A DNA stretch of 64,000 nucleotides from Utricularia gibba (taxonomy: Eukaryota > Plantae > Magnoliophyta), in the NCBI GenBank assembly GCA_002189035.1, contig CM007992.1, forward strand, positions 2,046,001 to 2,110,000. The letters run 5' to 3'. Below the pieces are notes generated by a model, which was not told the origin of the DNA, made no database searches, and saw only the letters and a program-made list of their open reading frames with translations. Position 1 is the stretch's first letter; each line of letters begins with the position of its first letter. The translations under genes and the position numbers were made by a program. Shown here in pieces: positions 45,330 to 58,175 of this stretch.

Positions 45330-47000
45330 ATTCAACTGGATGACTACCTGATCATCACTCGGGTATTTACCCAAATTTGAAGAATGCAGCCAAACGTAAC
45401 TTTTGGACTTCTTTTACAATTTGGAAATTTTAGTGAAAAGGGTTCCATGTCTTCCAAATATTCCATATTTTCGCTTGATTTGATAGTATCATTCTTTGTA
45501 GGTTTTCTGTAGAGCACTCTGATAAGTATATACTGTAAACTTTATTTAGAAATCAGAAGTTTTATGAACTGAGGAATTATGTCAAAGCAATGAAATATAG
45601 AGAATAAGAAAAAGCGAAAGAAACTAAGGGGCCTTGTTCTAGTAAAGGTGTGAGGATTTTAGGCAAATCCCACATCCATTATAGACGGGGTAGATGGATA
45701 TTTTATATAGAGGGATCTTTTATTTGAACGTCAAACTATGACAGTTGAATATCGTACAAGGAAATGGTGGATTGTAACATTTGGTATTAGAATTAAATTG
45801 GGCTGTAACCAGTGATGGGGAAAACCTTATGAGGACTCCGTGTTTCCAAGGGTGCGGGAGGGTCTTGCTCAACAAAGGGGTTAAGAACCTTAACCAAATT
45901 TTATATCGGTTATGAGCATAGTAGAAGTAAAGTTTATATAGAAGGATCTTCTCAAAAAGAAAGAATGCAAAACTATGGAGGTCGGGTGCCCATAGTAGAT
46001 AATATCATGCAAGAAGAAAGAAAATCTTAACATTCATGATTCGTTGGTCTTTCTTGGAGGATTTCTTGAGAAATTGGCTGACTTATTGTGTCCATAATTA
46101 GGGATGAAGGGTTCTATTCAGCATAATCCATTGAATGGTTGTAATATTGAGTCTTCTAGAGAAGATATGTCAGCCTATCTTCATAAATATATCGTTCAGT
46201 TGGGCCGTGTGATCTTGGAAGTGCAATACATTTCTACATATGGTATTGAGATTTGATGGCATTATATTCTCTTTCATTGAAGATCTTTCGTGGTCATTAT
46301 TTGCATGAGGATCCCTTTCCTACTCATATCCCAATTCTTCTATCATGCTGACATGTGGATGTGTACAAACTGTACGGTGAAATTCTTTGCTATGATGATG
46401 TGAACTCTTTGTATCCTTTTGTGATGGAGAACTATCCTATGCCTAGTGGTATATCATATGGAGAAATCAATTGGAGTTGGTTAGTTTAGACAGCTTATTT
46501 GAATATCTTGAAGTGTACATAGCATTTCTTATATTTATGACCTATTGGTTCATGCCTTATAAATATAAACATGGTATTGGAAGTTGTCTTTTATAGTGAG
46601 GAGTTGATGTTTGCTCGTGATTTAGGTTACAGTGTGATCATTCTAAGCAGGTACATGTTTCAGAAGAAAGCAAATCCTTTCAACGTTTTATTATTGATCT
46701 GTATGAAAATAAACTGGAGACTAAAATGAATGGTGATGAGTCTTATATATAAAATTCTGATGAACTTACTCTATGACCTGTTTGGGATGAATCTCGAAAA
46801 TCTCATCATTAGGAATTGAGATAAAAAACAATATGAAAAATTGTTGATGAGCGATAATTTTCAATCGGTGCCAAAGCTCATCAATCATTACTATGGTGTT
46901 AATTATGTTCTGATTTAAACCATTCAAATAATGACAGCTGGATGACATGGAAAGCATCAGCAGTTCAATTGTACTTGGCCACAATCGATTATTCAAGAAT
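45330..47000 (+). pseudogene. dpo: Fossil protein-primed family-B DNA polymerase, mitochondrial linear-plasmid type (NUMT-like)
   Basis: Ordered motifs FDSIIL...LFRNQKFYEL; IHDSL...LCP*LGMKGSIQH; HVDVYKLYGEILCYDDVNSLYPFVM (motif A, 46397-46417); FYSEELMFARDLGY; YKILMNLLYDLF-GMN (motif B, 46751-46795); SAVQL...SRI. Many stops and frameshifts. Confidence 0.88.
45649..45865 (+). mobile_element. TRIM-like remnant inserted in the polymerase fossil
   Basis: 131-bp TGTGAGG...AATCCCACATC...GATTGTAACA, then PBS-like TGGTATTAGAA (45782-45792) and a purine-rich tract near 45850. Confidence 0.45.
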
Positions 47001-47409
47001 TTAATACTCTTAGCACTAAAGAGTTATAACAAATCCTCTTGATGATGATGCTAAAATCCCTCTCATCCAAATTAGTACGTTTAAACTTGAATATAAAGTG
47101 CAAAGGATATATTCTTAGGAACAAAGAGTTACACCATAACAATAGAAAAAGGTTCTAATGCATTAAAATATAAGAGCCTAGCTAAAGATTTTGTCACATG
47201 AGAGTGATTAAAAAAAAAATAATTAGTAGACCTCAAAGAATCCAAGAAGATATCTATGAGTGCTAATTTCCTGACTTGCAACTAGAATGTCTAAGAATAC
47301 CAAAAGTAAAAATAAATATTCAGATAATGAAGAATAGATAAACTTACAAGATCATGTTGTTAATATTAATTTCAAATATGGATTGCGCTCCATAAACTTG
47401 AAAATACAA

Positions 47410-47590
47410 GAAAAAAAAAATGAAAGAACTCATTAATGACAAATTTGATAATAGCATGGATTTGGAGATACTTGATGTTGATCACCATGGACATGAAGCT
47501 AGCTCAAGTTACATAGATTGAGGAAAGCATCAACCATTCAATTGTCCGTGGCTACAATCGATTCTTTGAGAATTCATATGTACCCATACA
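47410..47590 (+). pseudogene. dpo: Second, diverged fragment of the family-B polymerase
   Basis: 47522-47575 aligns to 46949-47000 and reads IQLSVATIDSLRIHMYPY (consensus AVQLAAAITA.ARI.MYPY). Confidence 0.7.
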
Positions 47591-47885
47591 TGGTAACCAT
47601 CTGAACTTGGGATCTAGATGTTTGGAATGTTACTGGATCCAAGCGAGTCACCGGTTCCTTCAGCATGGTTCTTCCCTCCGGTAGTCATACTCTCAAGTCT
47701 TTCATTTGTTGTGGTTTCATGATTTCCAGGGAATAATACTGCATAAACTTAATAGAGAAACCAAATCTGACATAACGTTCAAAGGAGATACACACACAAC
47801 ACTTAGAAAATAGAGATTTCGTTCCCTAATCACCAAGGCCTTGGTTCACTCTGCCACTTCATCAGCTGCTCCAGCCGCAATAGTC

Positions 47886-50800
47886 TATTGAAGGTGCCAG
47901 ATCACATTCACAAATCAGCTATCACATCACCTTCCAAAGATGTTGATGCATAAATTCCTCTTCAGCCGATTTTACTGGATTATAGTTTTTACTCCTTTGT
48001 AGTGGGCTATAAGTCCAAACCTATATATAAACATTGTGTAGCATTAGAAAACTCACGAATTGGAAAATTTTGTAGTAGGATCTACGACTCCAGATTTCCA
48101 TTTTCTCATTTTTTCTTTTGAACATGGTATTAGAGCCATATGTTTGTTATCTCATTCCTGTGGGTTTTCTTTCTACTTGGTTCAATTTCTATCTATGTGA
48201 CATTCATCAATGGCTAGAACATACGATTCATGATCTGCAAATGTAATGAGTGGGCAGAATGAAAAAGATTCCAATCTCCTTTCACTTTCTTGTAATTCAA
48301 TGCTTCTTTTGACAGCATCTGACAATCCTTGTACTGCTTTGATTAGTTTTCCGCTTACTACTACCAACTTCAGTGATTGCAGTCATGCTATGAAATCATC
48401 TTTGGATTGCAAAAAGATAAATTGGAATTTGTCACTAGTGAGATGTTTATACTCACATATGATTCTCCTAAGTTCAGATTATGGTAGAAGGCTGATAGTA
48501 TGGTGTGTTCATGGCTGTTGCGTGACATTTCTAGAGATCTAATTCCTACTTTCAGTATGGCTATTACCGCACTTGAAATGTGAATATCTCTTGAAACTCA
48601 TTTTGGCCAATGAGGCACTTGGATTGTTTTTTTGTCTTTTTAAGGAACTATTTGTATTGGAACAAGGAAATATGAATGTTATGGATTATTATTTGAAAGT
48701 GCACACTCTATGGCATGAAATTTTTCGCATTTTACCTATCTCCCAATGTAGTAATTGTGGCACTTATTTGGATGCGGATGGAGGCTTGGCTATGGTTTGT
48801 TTGACATACTTTATAGCAGGATTTATGGACTCATATGACTCAACTCCAAATTTCATATTACTATGAAACCAACACCTAACTTTCAAGATGCATTTTCTAT
48901 TGTCTTCAACACAGAGCCTGCTAAGGACAAGATGACTAATGTTATTGATCCAGCATTATTGAACAAGGTTGCGAATGATTTTAACATGCCAACATCCGGA
49001 AGTTCAAGAGGGAGGGATAAAAAGTTGACATTCTGTACAATGTACAACAAGAAGGGTCACTTAAGGGAATCATGTTTTAAAGGATTATCAAATGCTGAAC
49101 TACCAATTTGGTATCTTGAGTTTAAAAGGAAATATGGAAAATAAGTTCATGGAAAAGCATCAAATCAAGCAAATAGCATGAAGAATATTAATATCTCATA
49201 TGCTAATAAATAAGAACTTTTTATTGCACACACCATCAATTTAATTAAACATGAGATACTCACTTGACTGGAGTGGGTGAATTCAGTGATAATTGCTTTT
49301 CCCTTATATCGCACTTGGTGCTTTGCATGATTCATATGATTTATGATTCTAAGAATCATTGTGCTGCTATTCAGTGTTCTTCTATTAATTTGTTTGATAA
49401 ATGTGTGGAGCCATATCGTCATTGTGAATGGGTGGTTGACACTAGTGCTACAGCTCACATGCATTTTCTCTAATATATTTTGACACTTTTTACTTAGTTT
49501 TGTTTTTCTGCCTGATGGATCAGCAAAGAACATCACCCATACCAAAACTATAAAGTTGTCTTCCACTCTCACCCTAACCTCACTTTATCTTGTTCCTTCC
49601 TTTAAGTTCAATTTAATTTCCACAAGCAAGCTAGTTGAAGTTGAAGTACAATTACTTTTTTGTGGATCTTGTTGTTTTCTCTAGGACCTTCGATCTAACT
49701 CATTACTTGGGAAGGGAAGATTGAAAGTAGGGTTTTATGTGATAGATGCAAATGATTTCAACCTCAAGTTTTACCACTTATTCTAAAGTGTTGAAACATT
49801 TTTTTCGCTTGCTATATGTGATATTTTTTAGACATTGTGATGATATGATCCATAAAACCAATTGTTTTTCACTTACTGTAACGTCAACTAACTCCTCCTT
49901 ATTATGGCACTTGCGTATGGGGCCATGTTGCCACTACTATGGGAAGTCATTACCTTTTTCTTGTAGTTTGGGTGATAATCATTGTCATGTTTGTGAATTT
50001 GTTAAATTCCATAGATTGCCATTTTGCTTAAGTGAAAATCATTCTATTGGAGCCTTTATGTATAATCCACAATGACATTTGGGGTCCATATAACATTCCT
50101 ATTTATTCTGGATATTGTTTCCATTTTACCATTGTGGATGATCGTCGTAGAAGTACCTGGACCTATCTCTTATCCAATAAAACACATGCTTTTTCAGCCT
50201 TACATAATTTTATTCCCAATTTGATCATGTCATATGCATCATGTGTTTTGATAATGAAGATGAATTTACTGGAAAGAATTTAATTAATTGGATCTGGTTA
50301 GGAATTCTTCCAAAAAACTCATGTCCTCATTCTCCTCAACAAAATGGTGTGGTTGAGTGAAAATGTTGTAGCGTGCTTAATATTGCTAGAGCTCTTATGT
50401 TTCAATCTTGTTTATCATATGAATATTGGGGAGATAGTATTTTGACAATCACCTATATTCATAATAGATTACCTTTTGCACTGTTGGCTTGGAAATCACC
50501 TATAGAAGTATTGCTGAAACAGACTCCTACTTTTTCTCATATGAGAGTCTTCGGTTTCTTATGCTATGCAGTAACTTTAAATCCTGCAAAGGGCAATCAT
50601 AAGGGATACGGATTTGATTTTTCTATCAAATCTACCTTTGTCTCCCGAGATGTAAAATTCTAGGAAAATCTTTTTCTTTTTAAGTATTCACTTGATCATA
50701 ATTTGGACACTTTGGAACCCATGTTGTCATTTTCTTTTGGAACCTCAAATTGTCATTGACTCTGCCATTCCTTCATCAGCATCTAATATCACATGCCTTC

Positions 50801-52748
50801 CAATTTCTAAGACTAGTTCATCTACAATTTAGCAACCATATTTTTCCCCTCCAATGTGATCCACGAAAGATAATATTGGTGATGCTTCCGCTAGCTTTCC
50901 CAATCAGCCACATTCACCCTTGAAACACTTGGTGATCTAAACTACCTCCCATTTTCTCCACCCATGTCGAGTACTTCAGTTTTGGTTCAACAATAGAAGA
51001 CAAGTGTTCTATGGCTCTCATGTTCAGGTATGGAAGTAGAGGAGAGATCAACAATTAGGTTGGTACAATTAGGCAAATGGTAAACCTGAATGGAAGATGG
51101 CTATGAAGGAGGAGCTTGATGATTTGGAGAAAAATAGTACTTGGAAGTTGGTAGTGCTTCCACCTCATTGCAAGCTCATTGGTTGTAAATGGGTTTTTTC
51201 ACATTAAATTGAATCCTGATGGATCAATGGCATGTTACAAGGCAACCCTAATAGTAAAGGGTTATACGCAGATTGAAGGGAAAGATTATTATGATTGTTT
51301 TTCATCTGTAACAAAGATGGTAAGCATTCGTGTCATTATTGCACTAGATGCTGCTAATGATTGGTTTTTGCATCAATTCGATATTAATAATACTTTTTTA
51401 TGGGCATCTAGATGAAACCATTTACATGCATATTCCTAATGGTTATTCTCATGGCAAACCAGGTGATGTATGTCTTCTACAGCATTCACTTTATGGACTG
51501 AAACATGCATCCTGTCAATGGAACATTGAGTTGATGAATACCTTGATAACCTATGGTTTTACTCAATCTAATGCTGATGCATGTCTTTTCACTTACTATT
51601 GGTGATGTGCATACTCACTTGTTGATCTACGTATATGACATATTGGTGGCTGGTCCGGATTTAGAGATTATATGCAAGATAAAGTACTCTTTACATCACT
51701 TATTTATGAGGATATGGAAGATGAAACCTTTTTTCTTGAGCTTGAATTAAAAGGTATGAGTGCTAGATTTTTCCTCTTTCAATAAAAATATGAATCCAAT
51801 ATTGTGACTCACTTAGGCATGTAAGACAATACCCCATCTCTTGCACCTATTTTGAAAATTTTCACTTCGGGATTCCCAATGATGGTTTATTTCTGGATGA
51901 AACTCGCAATAGAATGATGGCGGGGCATTTACTTTAACTTGGGTTTACTCGCTCAGATTTGGCATATGTCACTCAACAACTTAGTTAATTTGTAAATCAT
52001 CCCACTAATAAACAATGGATTGCAGCCAAGCACATGGTGCGTTATTTGAAAGGTTCTCTCACTTGAGGTTTGTTCTTTCTTGCGGATTTATCATTAAGCT
52101 TGGATGGTAATTGTGATGTCGATAGGGCTACCTATCTTGTTCGTCGTAAGTTGATCTTAGGATATTGCATCTTTCTTAGTCCTTTAATCTCTTTGAAGGC
52201 TAAGAAACAAACATTGGTAGCACATTCTTCGGTGAAGGTAGAATATCATAGCTTGGCATTAACTACTAAAGATCTTTCATAGGATGTTCCTTTACCCATT
52301 CCTCTTTGGTGCGAAAATCAAGTGGCTTTGCTTATTGCCTCCAATCTCATTTTTCACAAATAGACAAAACATATTGAGATTGATTGTCATGTTGTGAATG
52401 ACTAGCAAAAATCTGGTTTTTTGTCCTTTAGTTTTGATCCCTCTCCGGTGCAACTAGCTGATATTTTTACCAAGGCACTTGGCTCCATAGTTCTCTTCCC
52501 TTATTGGCAAGCTGGGACTTTGCGATCACATTCACAAATCAGCTACCACATCACCCTCCGAATATGTTAATGCGTAACTTCCTTTTGGGCCCATTTTACT
52601 GGATTTTAGTTTTTACTCCATTGTATGAGCTATAAGCCCAAACCTATATATACACATTGTGCAGTATCAAAAAACTCACAAACTGGAAAATTTTTCTAGA
52701 AGCATCTATGACTCTTGATTTCCATTTTCTCAATTTTTCTTTTGAATA
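47886..52748 (+). mobile_element. Full-span but degenerate copia element
   Basis: TSD TAGTC (47881-47885 and 52749-52753); LTRs 47886-48124 and about 52521-52748 (about 85% identical by eye); PBS TGGTATTAGAGCC at 48125; WVVDTSATAHM, HNDIWGPY, QQNGVVE, LYGLKHAS; many stops. Confidence 0.92.
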
Positions 52749-52879
52749 TAGTCCAACTTGAAGTGTCACCTACACACGAGTAAGGGGTTACCTTGAGTGT
52801 AGGATAGCCCAAAATTCCAACCAAAACACAAGCTACATAAGCACATAAAGCATATAAAACTCGTACTGTGGTTGGTTCC

Positions 52880-54658
52880 ACCTGATATACTTCATGGCGT
52901 TTATTCAGCCTGGGCCCCCAGTTAGGTTGGGTCTCCTACTGTGGGATCGGACGAATCTCCACGCGGCTTTTCATCTCGGCTCTGAAGTCGTCGTCAACTC
53001 GGATGTACTTCATAATTTTTCTCAGCAATTCTCCGAGATTCTTTGGTGGGGATTTCGATAGACTGGACGTCTAAGGCCCGCTTCATTATTTCCACCCTTT
53101 CCTTCAAGTCTAACTGGACGTCTTGCGCCAAACAATTGAATCGGTCGATGAATTTTCTCAAGTTTTCTCTTCTGTGATCATACCGAACGGAATATAATGC
53201 TGCTTTTGATGGCGGGGCTTCGATGTTGACAGTGTATCGGGTAGTGAAGAGTAGCACCAGCTCCCAATAGGACCCCATGCTACACGGTTCTAACTGTTTG
53301 AACCAGATCTTGGCTCCCTTCTGGAGCGAGCAGGCAAACAACTTACACTTTATGGCTTCGGAGTGCCGGACCGTGGCCATCCTCATGTCGAAGTCGGTAA
53401 CGTGAGATATAGGGTCTCCCTTCCCATCGTAGGTGGGCAGTCCATCGGGGACTCTAAATCCCCTTTCGGGCTCCTATCGGATCAACTCATCGGAGAAAGG
53501 ATCGAAACAAAGTGCTGGGGTCCTTGCAGTTCCTTCAACACTATTCTTCAAGGCTAGATCAATGTCGGCAAGGACGTCTCCTCTTTCGGTGCAGACGTTC
53601 TGGTCGAAGGCGTCCCTGAAGCCCCTACTCTCTCTCTTTCCCGGTGGCGTTCGAGCGGCGATGAGCTTTCGTCTTTCCCGGATCTTATCCAATTCTCTCT
53701 TCAATTCTTCTTCCCTTTCTTCCAAGATTTTTCCGGCCATGTTTTCCCTATCAGTTCCTGGCTCATATATGACTTGGCTACGCCTCTTCATTCGCAACAT
53801 CTCCTCCTCGGTTTCGGATTCAGTCTTCGTGTCCGGGGGGTAATCCGGGATAAGAGGTTGCTTCTCTGTAGGTGGTGCAGTTTCAGGTGTTCCCTCCTGG
53901 GCGTTGGAGTTGAGACCTGAAGGTGCCCGGAGGTTGGCGAGGATTTCGGTTAGCAAGGCTTTCAGTTGCTCCCTGCTGGTGATCATAAGGCCGAGATCTC
54001 GCGCATCGGCGTTTCCGTCCTGGGTCGGGTTGGTGGCTGTGCTATTTTCCGCCATGATCAACACTTAGTGATTGACTCTCATGGATTTCTCGGATGGGGT
54101 TGTAGATCTGCCCCACGGTGGGCACCAAAGATGTTATGGGTGAAATCGGTATCTGGTGGGAGGCCGATTTAAGGTGACAGGTGCGGACGGGAATGCCACG
54201 CTCAGTCACGTTCTTCACGGTTGGTTCGATTGAAATAAGAGTGAGCAAGGATTTTTTACGTGGAAACCGCCGGAAAGAGGAAAAACCACGGAGCTGCCGG
54301 AGCTCGCCGGAAAAGAATTTCACTAGATGAAGGTCGCAAAGAGGAGAATACAAATTGAAGAAATCTTTTGATTCCAACTTGCTTTTCGTCATAATTCCTC
54401 CTATTTATAGGAGAGCTCACTTTGACCGAATTCTGACATCTCCAAATATCGGTTGCTTTCTGCTCTTGCTATATGATCTTGCTTTTTAGATGTCAGCCTC
54501 CTGTTATGCCGTAATTCGGCCGCTTTTCAGACTATGTCATACGGCCACACCTATCAGATTTCTGACAGATATCGGTGTGTCAACTGTCATTATCCCTTCA
54601 AGGTCTCTTTTGGCAGCTTTTTAAGAACCGGTTACCCCCGACCGATTTATCCCTATCA
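52880..54658 (-). mobile_element. Tat/Retand-type gypsy 5' half: LTR 54132-54658, tRNA-Lys PBS, gag
   Basis: LTR rc TGATAGGG...CCATAACA (527 bp); PBS rc TGGTGCCCACCGTGGGGC at 54110-54127; pol and 3' LTR absent. Confidence 0.88.
52940..54055 (-). pseudogene. gag: Retrotransposon gag (gypsy)
   Basis: MAENSTATNP...; YDGKGDPISHVTDF...CKLFACSLQKGAKIWFKQL...RENLRKFIDRF. One in-frame TAG (53474-53476) and one frameshift near 53065. Confidence 0.88.
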
Positions 54659-54779
54659 TCCTCTATCTCTCTTATGTGATGAAGATGACTTGTCATTTCC
54701 CTGATCATTATTGGATAGATTAGAATGTCTAGAACCCCAGTCATAGCCACGTCCTCTCCTATTTCCATGAGAATTGTGT

Positions 54780-55685
54780 TGCTTTTTCTGACCTATTCTA
54801 GAACCTGTAATGACCTAGTTAATTCATAGCAGCTTGGTGGAATAAGATTTGTCACCATCCTTAAGTCTCTCTTCATATACTTGTAATGACCTAGTTAATT
54901 CATCAAGTTTCATTGTGGTTAAATCATTTGCTTCCTCAATGGAAACCATCATGAAAATTAATTTCTTATCCAATGAACGGGGGACTTTCTCCATAATGCA
55001 TCCTTCGGTGACCGTTTCACCAAAACGTTTCATTTGCTTTGCAACACTTTGAATTCCAATGACATAGTCATTCACACTTTCATCAAGCTTTTATTTCAAA
55101 CCCTCAAACTCAGCCCTTGGAGTTTGAAGTTTCACCTGCTTCACCTTATCTACATCTTGAAATACAATAATCAAGGAGTCTCATGCATGTTTGGATGAAG
55201 TTGCCTTTGAGACCTTCCTAAAGTACTTCTCGTTTAGTGCTTGGTGAATGATTGACAAGGCCTTGTTGTCCCTTCTAAGAGTTGTAGTATCAGACATGAG
55301 TGTAATACCATTTGAACTGCTTCCCAAATTTCATAAACATCAAATATCATTTGGATTCAGATTTTCCAATTGTCAACATTCTCTTTTGACAACAATGGAA
55401 TGGAGAATGACCTTGATCCCCTAAGCCACGTTGTTTTCCATCTTCCTTAAAGAATCCTGCTCCGAATTTGATCTGTTTTATTTATCAATGGAGTCACCAT
55501 TCTTACATAGACTACAATGTATTTATACAAGTACTAGAGAAAGTAAACAAAATAAACAGTTGCTTAGCTATACTAATATTATCCAAACATAACGTCTAGG
55601 TAACCACATTAGGTGCTGATCTCCAGCATCTTCTTCCATATTCATCAGCATCTCTATTTATTTTTCATTTACTTCTTCATCTAAC
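54780..55685 (-). mobile_element. Copia gag remnant with a probable 5' LTR (about 55470-55685)
   Basis: rc N-terminal DNW.I...EIWEAVQ and IMEKVPRSLDKK...SIEEANDLTTMKLDELTRSLQVYEERL. Confidence 0.7.
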
Positions 55686-56893
55686 ATAGTTCATATTGGT
55701 GATTCTACGAAAGTAACCGTGAAGGGAAAAGGATGTGTTCTTTTTTCTCTAAAAGATAGCAGTCATAGATTAATCTCAAATGTATGATATGTTTCTGGTT
55801 TAAGGTATAATATACTGAGAAAGTGATGGATTTGAGAAAAATGCTTTAAAAGTCTTTTAGAAAATTGGCAGTGGGAATTGATGGATTTGAGAAAGTGAAT
55901 CTTAGCATCTGTAAAGATGAAGGAAAAGCATATGGTTTCATTGGAGTGTAACTCAGTTTTTTGAACATGTCTGAAAGTCTCCTAAGGAAAAGCATGGACA
56001 CAATTCATATGGTTAGAACATATTACTTTTCAATACCTATGGAAACTTGCAAGCAATCAAATGATCAAAGGTTTGCCGATCATTTCACATAAGATGATCT
56101 CGTGCAAAGAAACCTTTAGAGTTGATTCATGGAGACATGTGGACCGATCAAACCTCTTACAATATGTGGAAACATTTATGTTCTTTTGTTTATTGATGAT
56201 TTCAACAGAAAAATGTGGATTGATCTCATGAGGAATAAATCAGAAGTCTATAGAATCTTCAAGGGGCTTTTGGCTATTGTTGAAAAACAAAGTAGGTTAT
56301 CCATTAGTTGTTTAGGAACAGATCATGGAGGTGAATTTTACTCCTAGCAATTTTGCTGATTTTCACAACGCATTTGGGATATACGAGTCATTAACAATGG
56401 AAAAGACACCAAATCTAGTTGCGAGTGGAAATGACACTAAAGGAGGCATTGAATGGAATTAAACCCTCAATATATTATATGAGAGTTTTTTGATTGATTG
56501 CTTACATACATAGGGTTGATGATGAACCAACGTAACTAGAAGATAAAGATCAAAAAATGGTGTTTATTGGCTATGATCTAAACACAAAGACTTATCGCTT
56601 GGTTGTTAGTGCACGCATTTGTCATGCAATTTGGTTAATGTATGTTCTTCAGAATCATGGTGTTGAAAGTGAGAAGCCGACAATGATTCATGTTGATAAT
56701 AAATCTCAATTGCTCTTGGTGAAAATCCTATTCTCCATGCTCGTAGTTAGCATATTGGGACTCATTCACATTTCATTCAAGATTGTGTGAAAGATGTGCA
56801 GATTTGTACATCACATGCCATGGTCTCTCAAAAGAAGTTGTTCCTGAATTTTGTAAAAGTAGTGGCTGTTTAATCCAATTGTGTTTCCATAAT

Positions 56894-58175
56894 TGTTAAG
56901 CATCATTTTCTCACTATCTTTTAAGTCGTTTTTAAGTCTAAATGTGATTAAAGTTATTTATTAGGAATTTATAATATAAGATTTAGGTTATTATCTAAAT
57001 TAGGGTAATTATCCTAAATCTTGTAATTTATCTAATATTTTTGCTAGTTTAGTTTAAGCTTTATTATGGCCAAACACGTCGCAAGAAGTATGAGAGAGGA
57101 AGCAGCAATGGTGACAAAATAGATCTTCCCGAACTAACATCTCCTTTATTTCCAAAAGACTGCAAATGCTTAATGATGAGCCTTGACATGCGGTACAAGG
57201 GAGTTTCTGACAGATGAAATTATTAGTTCTGACAGAGAAACACGAAAACTCAGACGAAGTAGTTCAATTCATTCATTCAGCATTCAATTTCAAGTTTTTA
57301 GTTTAGACTTTTGTTTCCCTCTCGAGAGGATTTTTCCTCTAACTTCTCTCTAAAGTCTTGATTTCATTTTCCTTAGTTTGTAAAGCTGTTCATGGCTAGA
57401 AACTTTTGTTTTTGGGTTGGGAGATTCTCAATTCTGTGTTTCGTTAGTTAATCTCCATTTATTCTTTGAATCCGATCGGGTTCTATATGTCTTTGCACAA
57501 CTATGTTATAGTCTTCTGCAACTGACCCTTATTCAAGATTCATGGTTAGCTGATCACTATCTGAGAGTTTTGAAGAGGAGTAAAATGGAAAGCACCAACT
57601 CATGCCCTTTTGGCAAGAGGGACAGATAGTAGTTACCTTAGGATCAATGCACAGATTGTTACCTCTTCGACTCATTGGGTCATTGGCAACACTCAGGTAC
57701 ACACATGCAATTCGACGGTGAGGGTAAGATGGCATGACCTCTTATCTTCACGTTCATTCAAGGAGGAGCGAGATCGAGCTATATCCATGCCTTCTTAAAA
57801 GAGAGTGTAAGGGAGGGTAGGAATTTCTTTACTCCTATATCCGAGTACTCGAGAAGATCAAAGAAGAGTGGAGATGCAACAAATGTAGCTAGGTAGTATC
57901 CTAGTCTCAAGAATATTCTTTTTATTTAAGGTTCATCGCTTAATTTTATTTTCAATGTTTGTTTACAATCCTCTTATCCCCTTACTCAAACTTCATCATT
58001 TACATTTCTTGCACCTTTTACTTTACAAAACCGTTTACAAATCGTGACAATTGTACTCGTTATAACTTCACCTTTCACTAAAAAACAACTCCTTATGTTC
58101 GACACCCGTACTATGCATTTGTGTTTTACGAGTTTTAAAAATATTTAAAATTTATTATGGAAACGACACCCATCA
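56894..58175 (+). mobile_element. Solo LTR, 1282 bp (gypsy/Athila-like, inferred)
   Basis: TGTTAAGC...CACCCATCA, perfect TSD ATAAT (56889-56893 and 58176-58180); empty site in the paralog at 7081-7085. Confidence 0.92.

Noticed and set aside
47010-47410. Possible endogenous pararetrovirus movement-protein fragment
   Set aside because: Resemblance limited to a few residues; no RT or coat motif nearby. It needs BLASTX.
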